DNA from: Vibrio alginolyticus NBRC 15630 = ATCC 17749
Lineage (GTDB): Bacteria; Pseudomonadota; Gammaproteobacteria; Enterobacterales; Vibrionaceae
Direction of reading: 5' to 3'
Assembly (NCBI RefSeq): GCF_000354175.2
Contig: NC_022349.1
Coordinates: forward strand, 1,470,001 to 1,502,000
Length of the DNA: 32,000 nt
Shown: piece by piece, positions 26,404 through 32,000 of the stretch
How positions within the stretch are numbered: the stretch's first letter is position 1
Layout: the number at the start of each line of letters is the position of its first letter
Position numbers and translations under genes: made by a program
Notes under the pieces: generated by a model
What the model saw: the letters and a program-made list of their open reading frames with translations, nothing else
Database searches by the model: none
What the model was told of the DNA's origin: nothing

Positions 26404-29400
26404 TTAGTTAAATTCGAGTTCTACCTGGCTTTTGCCAAGCAACTGTTTTAAATCGTCGAGTAATGTATCACTTGGCGTAACTCGCCACTCGGTGCCCAAT
26501 GTTAACCGCGCTCTGGCGTCGGCACGCTGGTAGTATACATTGACGGGTACGGTTCCGGCTTTGTGCGGTTCTAAAATACGGCTGAACTGCTCAAAAAACT
26601 GATCGTTGATCTGATTTGCATCTATCGATACCGACAAACCACGAGCGTATTTCTCGCGCGCACTGCCGAGATCCATAACTTCACGCGCCGACATTTTAAG
26701 GCCACCGTTGAAGTCATCAAAGCTGACCTGTCCAGAAACGACCAAAATTCTGTCTTTTTCGAGAAGTTCAGCGTATCGATCCAGCGCATCAGAGAACAAC
26801 ATCACTTCCATGCGGCCACTTCGGTCATCCAGTGTCATAATACCAATTCGTGTACCACGCTTGGTCGTCATTACACGAGCGGCAATAACCAGGCCGGCTA
26901 CCGTGACAGATTGATCGCGGCGAGTGGGCGTTGCGTCTTTTAGTCGACAACTGGTGTATTTGTTTAGTTCCTTTACGTAGGCGTTAATTGGGTGCCCTGT
27001 CAAATATAGACCTAGGGTATCACGCTCGCCCTCTAACCACACTTTTTCTGGCCAAGGCGGAACCTGCGTATACTTATGCTCTACTTCTTCAGGTGCATCC
27101 GTCAGCACACCAAACATATCCGTTTGACCAAACGCCTCAGCTTGGTGATGTTGACTTGCTGCTTTTACCGCATCATTGAGTGACGCCATCATCGCCGCGC
27201 GGTGTGGGCCTAGTCGATCCAACGCGCCCGCGTAAATCAGCTTCTCTATCACTCGTTTATTGACACGTTTTAGATCAACTCGAGCACAGAAATCAAATAG
27301 GTCTTTAAAGTGACCACCTTTATTTCTCGCCTCAAGAATCGCATCGATAGGGCCCTCACCAACCCCTTTTATCGCACCAATACCGTAAACAATTGCGCCA
27401 TTTTCATCAACATTAAAGCGATATAGGCCAGAGTTGATGTCTGGTGGCAGCACGGTGAGCTTCATACGGAAACACTCATCGACCAAGCCAACGACTTTTT
27501 CCGTGTTATCCATATCGGCTGTCATTACCGCAGCCATAAATTCGGCAGGATAATGTGTTTTCAGCCAAAGAGTTTGATAAGAAACCAATGCATAAGCAGC
27601 AGAGTGCGATTTGTTAAAACCATAACCGGCGAACTTCTCTACCAAGTCGAAGATTTTCATCGCCAACTCGCCATCGATACCGTTCTTTATCGCACCTTCT
27701 TCAAAGATAGCACGTTGTTTTGCCATCTCTTCTGGCTTTTTCTTACCCATTGCACGACGAAGCATGTCCGCACCACCTAGCGTGTAACCTGCTAAGATCT
27801 GCGCAATCTGCATTACCTGCTCTTGATACAGGATGATGCCGTAGGTTGGATCAAGCGTCTCTTTTAGCGACTCGTGTTGCCACTTTTCATCTGGATAAGA
27901 GATCGCTTCTCGACCATGTTTACGGTCGATAAAGTTATCTACCATGCCCGATTGCAAAGGACCCGGACGGAAGAGTGCTACCAATGCGATGATGTCTTCG
28001 AAACAGTCTGGCTGAAGTCGTTTGATCAGCTCTTTCATGCCTCGAGATTCAAGCTGGAATACTGCTGTCGTTTCAGAGTTTTGCAACAAACGGAAAGAGG
28101 CAGGGTCTTCTAACGGTATGGATTCAATTTGAACCGGTTCTTTACCTTCTCGCTCTAGGCGTGGGTTAATCAGCCCTAACGCCCAGTCAATAATGGTTAA
28201 GGTACGTAAACCTAAGAAGTCAAACTTAACTAGGCCAGCGGTCTCAACATCGTTTTTATCAAATTGAGTAACCGGAAAGTGACCTTCAGCGTCTGCATAA
28301 ATTGGCGCAAAATCGGTAATTGTTGTAGGTGAAATTACAACACCACCAGCGTGTTTACCGGCGTTTCGCGTACAGCCTTCCAAAATATGACACATGTCGA
28401 TGAGTTCTTTAACTTCCTCATCGGCCTCATACAATTCAGGTAGTGCAGGTTCAGCTTTAAACGCTTTATCTAGCGTCATACCTGGATCGGGCGGGATCAG
28501 CTTTGAAATACGATCAACAAAACCAAATGGGTGGCCCAATACGCGGCCAACGTCACGGATTACCGCTTTTGCCGCCATGGTACCAAACGTGATGATCTGA
28601 GACACCGCGTCACGACCGTACATTTCCGCAACGTGGTCAATAACCTGGTCACGTTTATCCATACAGAAATCGACGTCGAAATCGGGCATCGAAACACGTT
28701 CTGGGTTCAAGAAACGTTCGAACAGCAAGTCGTATTCTAGTGGATCCAGATCGGTGATTTTTAGTGCGTAAGCCACCAAAGAACCAGCACCGGAACCACG
28801 TCCAGGACCGACAGGAATTCCATTATCTTTTGACCACTGGATGAACTCCATTACGATCAAGAAGTAACCAGGAAATCCCATTTGGTTGATAACATCTAGC
28901 TCTATCTGAAGACGTTCATCATATTCAGGGCGGCGACGTTTTCTCTCTTCCTCATCTGGAAATAGGAACTCTAAACGCTCTTCCAACCCCTCTCGGGATT
29001 TCATGACTAGGAACTCAGTCTCTTTCATCCCTTCGGTTGGGAAAGCTGGTAGGAAGTACTCACCTAAGCGCACAGTCACGTTACAACGCTTCGCTATCTC
29101 GACACTGTTTTCTAACGCTTCAGGAATATCAGCAAACAGCTCACACATTTCTTCTTCTGTACGAAGATATTGCTGCGGACTGTAGTTTTTTGGCCTACGC
29201 GGATCTTCTAATGTGTAACCATCGTGAATCGCTACGCGTATTTCATGAGCATCAAATAGGTCTGGACTCAGGAATACAACTTCATTGGTCGCCACTACTG
29301 GCAAGTCTTGCTGCTCTGCCAATTCAACCGCAAAGTGAAGATAAGTTTCTTCATCTGGACGACCGGTACGAAGTAGCTCAAGATAAAAGCGATCTGGAAA

Positions 29401-29883
29401 ATGCTGTTTATAGAAATCAACACACCCTTGCACTATTTGACGGTTGCCTTTCAAAAGGCCGCGACCAATTTCCCCGCTTTTACCGCCGGATAATACAATC
29501 AGGCCTTCAGACATTTCAGCCAACCAGGCTTTATCAATCACTGGGTGGTGTTGAACATGTCCACGTAAGTACGCTTTTGATATCAATAACGTCAGGTTCT
29601 TATAACCTACATTATCCGCCGCAAGCAAAGTCACTTGTGTCAGCTCTTCACCAAACTCGTCCGACTGCATTTTAAAGTCAGCACCGATGATCGGTTTAAC
29701 ACCACTGCCATGCGCCGTACCGTAAAACTTCACCAAACCACATAGGTTGGTAAAGTCGGTCAACGCCATTGCGGGCATACCGAGCTCAGCAACTTTCTTT
29801 ACGATTGGCGGAACTTTGTTGAGGCCATCCACCATCGAGAAGTCACTATGAACACGCAGGTGGATGAATTTGGGATCTGACAT
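26404..29883 (-). CDS. dnaE: DNA polymerase III alpha subunit
   Basis: 1159 aa. PHP-domain N-terminus [15 protein letters not shown], the palm motif PDFDVDFC, and an OB-fold and tau-binding C-terminus. Collinear with E. coli DnaE. Confidence 0.98.
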   Translation of the reverse strand: MSDPKFIHLRVHSDFSMVDGLNKVPPIVKKVAELGMPAMALTDFTNLCGLVKFYGTAHGSGVKPIIGADFKMQSDEFGEELTQVTLLAADNVGYKNLTLLISKAYLRGHVQHHPVIDKAWLAEMSEGLIVLSGGKSGEIGRGLLKGNRQIVQGCVDFYKQHFPDRFYLELLRTGRPDEETYLHFAVELAEQQDLPVVATNEVVFLSPDLFDAHEIRVAIHDGYTLEDPRRPKNYSPQQYLRTEEEMCELFADIPEALENSVEIAKRCNVTVRLGEYFLPAFPTEGMKETEFLVMKSREGLEERLEFLFPDEEERKRRRPEYDERLQIELDVINQMGFPGYFLIVMEFIQWSKDNGIPVGPGRGSGAGSLVAYALKITDLDPLEYDLLFERFLNPERVSMPDFDVDFCMDKRDQVIDHVAEMYGRDAVSQIITFGTMAAKAVIRDVGRVLGHPFGFVDRISKLIPPDPGMTLDKAFKAEPALPELYEADEEVKELIDMCHILEGCTRNAGKHAGGVVISPTTITDFAPIYADAEGHFPVTQFDKNDVETAGLVKFDFLGLRTLTIIDWALGLINPRLEREGKEPVQIESIPLEDPASFRLLQNSETTAVFQLESRGMKELIKRLQPDCFEDIIALVALFRPGPLQSGMVDNFIDRKHGREAISYPDEKWQHESLKETLDPTYGIILYQEQVMQIAQILAGYTLGGADMLRRAMGKKKPEEMAKQRAIFEEGAIKNGIDGELAMKIFDLVEKFAGYGFNKSHSAAYALVSYQTLWLKTHYPAEFMAAVMTADMDNTEKVVGLVDECFRMKLTVLPPDINSGLYRFNVDENGAIVYGIGAIKGVGEGPIDAILEARNKGGHFKDLFDFCARVDLKRVNKRVIEKLIYAGALDRLGPHRAAMMASLNDAVKAASQHHQAEAFGQTDMFGVLTDAPEEVEHKYTQVPPWPEKVWLEGERDTLGLYLTGHPINAYVKELNKYTSCRLKDATPTRRDQSVTVAGLVIAARVMTTKRGTRIGIMTLDDRSGRMEVMLFSDALDRYAELLEKDRILVVSGQVSFDDFNGGLKMSAREVMDLGSAREKYARGLSVSIDANQINDQFFEQFSRILEPHKAGTVPVNVYYQRADARARLTLGTEWRVTPSDTLLDDLKQLLGKSQVELEFN

Positions 29884-29964
29884 TAACAGGTACCGTGTAA
29901 CTCTATTTTGTTGGGGATTCTAACCTAAAGAGGTTGGGTTTATAACACCAATTAGATCGTTTGA

Positions 29965-30600
29965 TTATTCTATGCCTAACGCTTTTTTTACTGGCTTGAA
30001 ACTCTTGCGGTGTTCACTGATCACTCCGTGTTGCTCAATCGCTTCAAAGTGCGCTTTAGTTGGGTAACCTTTGTGCTTCGCGAAGCCAAATTGTGGATGA
30101 AGTTTATCCAACTCTTCCATCTCTTGGTCACGCACGACTTTGGCAATAATTGAAGCCGCACTGATTTCGGCAACACGTAGATCGCCTTTTACTACAGCTT
30201 GAGCATCCATTGGCAGCTCCGGACAACGGTTACCATCAATCAACACCAAATCAGGTTGAACCTGTAACCCCGCCACTGCACGCTGCATCGCAACCATAGT
30301 CGCCTGTAAAATATTCAGTTGATCAATTTCTTCAGGAGAACAACGCCCGACCGCCCACGCCAATGCTTTTTCTTTGATTTCAGGAAGCAACGCCATGCGT
30401 TTCTTTTCGGTCAATTTTTTCGAATCGTTCAACCCTTCAATAGGATTGTTAGGATCAAGGATAACCGCAGCGGTGACGACGTCTCCTACCAAAGGGCCAC
30501 GTCCTACCTCGTCGACTCCGGCCACAAGCTGATAACCTTGCGGATATTCAAACGGAGGGAGTTCAACTTTGGTTTTGGTCACTTTTGGTTTAACAGCCAT
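29965..30600 (-). CDS. rnhB: Ribonuclease HII
   Basis: [32 protein letters not shown] and DGNRCP...VVKGD..V.EISAASI.AK match E. coli RnhB. The N-terminus is about 13 aa longer than in E. coli. Confidence 0.93.
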   Translation of the reverse strand: MAVKPKVTKTKVELPPFEYPQGYQLVAGVDEVGRGPLVGDVVTAAVILDPNNPIEGLNDSKKLTEKKRMALLPEIKEKALAWAVGRCSPEEIDQLNILQATMVAMQRAVAGLQVQPDLVLIDGNRCPELPMDAQAVVKGDLRVAEISAASIIAKVVRDQEMEELDKLHPQFGFAKHKGYPTKAHFEAIEQHGVISEHRKSFKPVKKALGIE

Positions 30601-30609
30601 GATAAATCT

Positions 30610-31749
30610 CTATTTCTCAATCAGTTTTAGAACCGCGTTTGCGGCTTGTTGGTCCGCATCTTTACGAATCCAATGATGCATTTCCGTAAACTTATCTAAC
30701 ATCGGTTTATTGTCGCTTTCCAATAAGCGAGAAACCTCAGTAAACAAATTGTCTGGTGTGCACTCATCTTGTAGATATTCTTTGACGAGCTCATCATCCG
30801 CCAAGATATTCGGCAATGACACATACTTCGTTTTCAATAGACGTTTAGCTAAAAAAGCAGTAAATGCATTCACACGATAACCCACCACCATTGGACGCTT
30901 GAGAAGCATACACTCCAACGCTACGGTACCGGAGGCCAACATCACGGCATCGGATGCGGTGATGACGTTGCGTGCGGTGTCATCAACTAACTTGAAGTCC
31001 AACTCTGGCGCTAGCTCTTTCCATGCTTGTTCAAACTGCTCACGGCGTTTTTGATTAACAAGCGCGACAACAAACCCCAGTTCTGGAAATTTTTTATGGA
31101 GTAACTTGCAGGTTTCAATAAATGGCTCTGAGAGCATTTTTAACTCGCTACCACGACTGCCTGGCAGGACAGCAAGCCACTTTTTATCTTGTTCTAAACC
31201 AAGCAACTCACGTGCAGGCGCTTGTTCTGATTCTAGTGGGATGGCATCAGCCAAGGTATGACCAATGAACTCGCAAGGTACATTAAATTTGTCGTAGAAC
31301 GCTTTCTCAAACGGAAGAAATGCTAGTACCAAGTTCGTTGCCGCTTCTATTTTAAAGATGCGCTTCTGACGCCAAGCCCAAACAGACGGACTCACGTAAT
31401 GAACGGTTTTAATGCCCGCTTGCTTGAGGTCAAGCTCCAAGCGTAAGTTGAAGTCAGGAGCGTCGATCCCTATGAAAACATCAGGCGGATTCTGAGTAAA
31501 ATACTGAACGAGCTCAGCTTTCACTTTAAGAAGTCTCGGTAAGCGGCCTAAAACCTCGACTAATCCCATCACCGCAAGCTCTTCCATATCAAACAGAGAC
31601 TCGCAACCTTGGGCTATCATTTTCGGACCGCCAATGCCTACGAACTCTGCGTCTGGATATTGCTGCTTTACTGCTTTGATAAAGCCTTCACCTAGCGTAT
31701 CGCCAGACAATTCTCCGGCAATGATGCCAATACGTAATGGTCTTTCCAT
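30610..31749 (-). CDS. lpxB: Lipid-A-disaccharide synthase
   Basis: The N-terminal [14 protein letters not shown], the [10 protein letters not shown] motif and lpxA-lpxB-rnhB-dnaE synteny. Confidence 0.95.
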   Translation of the reverse strand: MERPLRIGIIAGELSGDTLGEGFIKAVKQQYPDAEFVGIGGPKMIAQGCESLFDMEELAVMGLVEVLGRLPRLLKVKAELVQYFTQNPPDVFIGIDAPDFNLRLELDLKQAGIKTVHYVSPSVWAWRQKRIFKIEAATNLVLAFLPFEKAFYDKFNVPCEFIGHTLADAIPLESEQAPARELLGLEQDKKWLAVLPGSRGSELKMLSEPFIETCKLLHKKFPELGFVVALVNQKRREQFEQAWKELAPELDFKLVDDTARNVITASDAVMLASGTVALECMLLKRPMVVGYRVNAFTAFLAKRLLKTKYVSLPNILADDELVKEYLQDECTPDNLFTEVSRLLESDNKPMLDKFTEMHHWIRKDADQQAANAVLKLIEK

Positions 31750-31776
31750 ATCTACTTCGCTATTTTTCCTGTGCGC

Positions 31777-31847
31777 TATGGATAACGGTTTGCCTTATCC
31801 ATAAAACACAAAAAGATCGTAACCTCAAATTCGGTCACGATCTTTTT
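31777..31847 (-). terminator. Two tandem hairpins in the lpxA-lpxB spacer; the lpxA-proximal one is terminator-like
   Basis: On the minus strand, AAAAAGATCGT(GAC)...(GTT)ACGATCTTTTT is followed by GTGTTTT (31810-31847). Next comes TATGGATAA-GGCAAACCG-TTATCCATA (31777-31803). Confidence 0.55.
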
Positions 31848-31868
31848 ATTTATTGGTTCATTCGCCAA

Positions 31869-32000
31869 TTAACGAATAATGCCACGTTCCGTCGTTTCCA
31901 GAATATCTGAGAAACGCTTCACTGCTGGCCACTCTTGAGCCATTTCAGCTAGAATAGGCTTCACTTCTTCTAGCGTCTTACCTGAACGGTAGATTTCTTT
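31869..32000 (-). CDS. lpxA: UDP-N-acetylglucosamine acyltransferase, C-terminal 43 codons (5' part beyond window)
   Basis: My hand translation of the minus strand gives [43 protein letters not shown]-stop. This parallels the E. coli LpxA C-terminus (...[36 protein letters not shown]). It is not in the ORF track because it is truncated. Confidence 0.85.
   Translation of the reverse strand, partial: KEIYRSGKTLEEVKPILAEMAQEWPAVKRFSDILETTERGIIR

Noticed and set aside
29037-29675. 212-aa + strand ORF inside dnaE, plus the other short + strand ORFs across 26708-29185
   Set aside because: They are entirely antisense to a confidently identified, full-length dnaE. The sequences are low-complexity with no RBS. 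These are typical shadow ORFs.

Overview
This window looks like a housekeeping stretch of a Vibrionaceae (most likely Vibrio) large chromosome. That placement rests on protein similarity recalled from memory; I could not run any search. Left to right the genes are: arsC (5' cut by the window edge), wrbA, DUF2069, DUF2066 (-), uraA, upp (-), purM, purN, yafJ (-), gmhA (-), fadE, a SulP/STAS anion permease, a three-gene accessory islet on the minus strand (GNAT, DUF1353-like, Pol-beta nucleotidyltransferase), a dnaQ-coupled membrane-anchored protein (-), dnaQ (-), rnhA, a yafS-like methyltransferase (-), gloB, mltD, a Yip1-like membrane protein, yafD-like EEP (-), glnB (-), a class I cytochrome c (-), tilS (-), accA (-), dnaE (-), rnhB (-), lpxB (-) and the 3' end of lpxA (-). 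Gene order closely mirrors the E. coli yafD-mltD-gloB-yafS-rnhA-dnaQ and fadE-gmhA-yafJ blocks. I trimmed several ORF-track N-termini using RBS position and homolog N-termini: DUF2066, upp, rnhA, yafS-like, gloB, glnB, tilS and the dnaQ-linked gene. I saw no rRNA, tRNA, CRISPR array, integrase or transposase. Regulatory sites readable by eye are a consensus PurR box in the upp/purM divergent region, a PurR-like box before uraA, a FadR-like box before fadE, and many hairpin terminators. The only non-core segment is 13.8-15.5 kb. It holds a nucleotidyltransferase + DUF1353-like pair of unknown function and an orphan GNAT gene preceded by a near-consensus LexA (SOS) box. That is my best candidate for something undescribed, but the evidence is contextual only. 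The rest of the window is ordinary.
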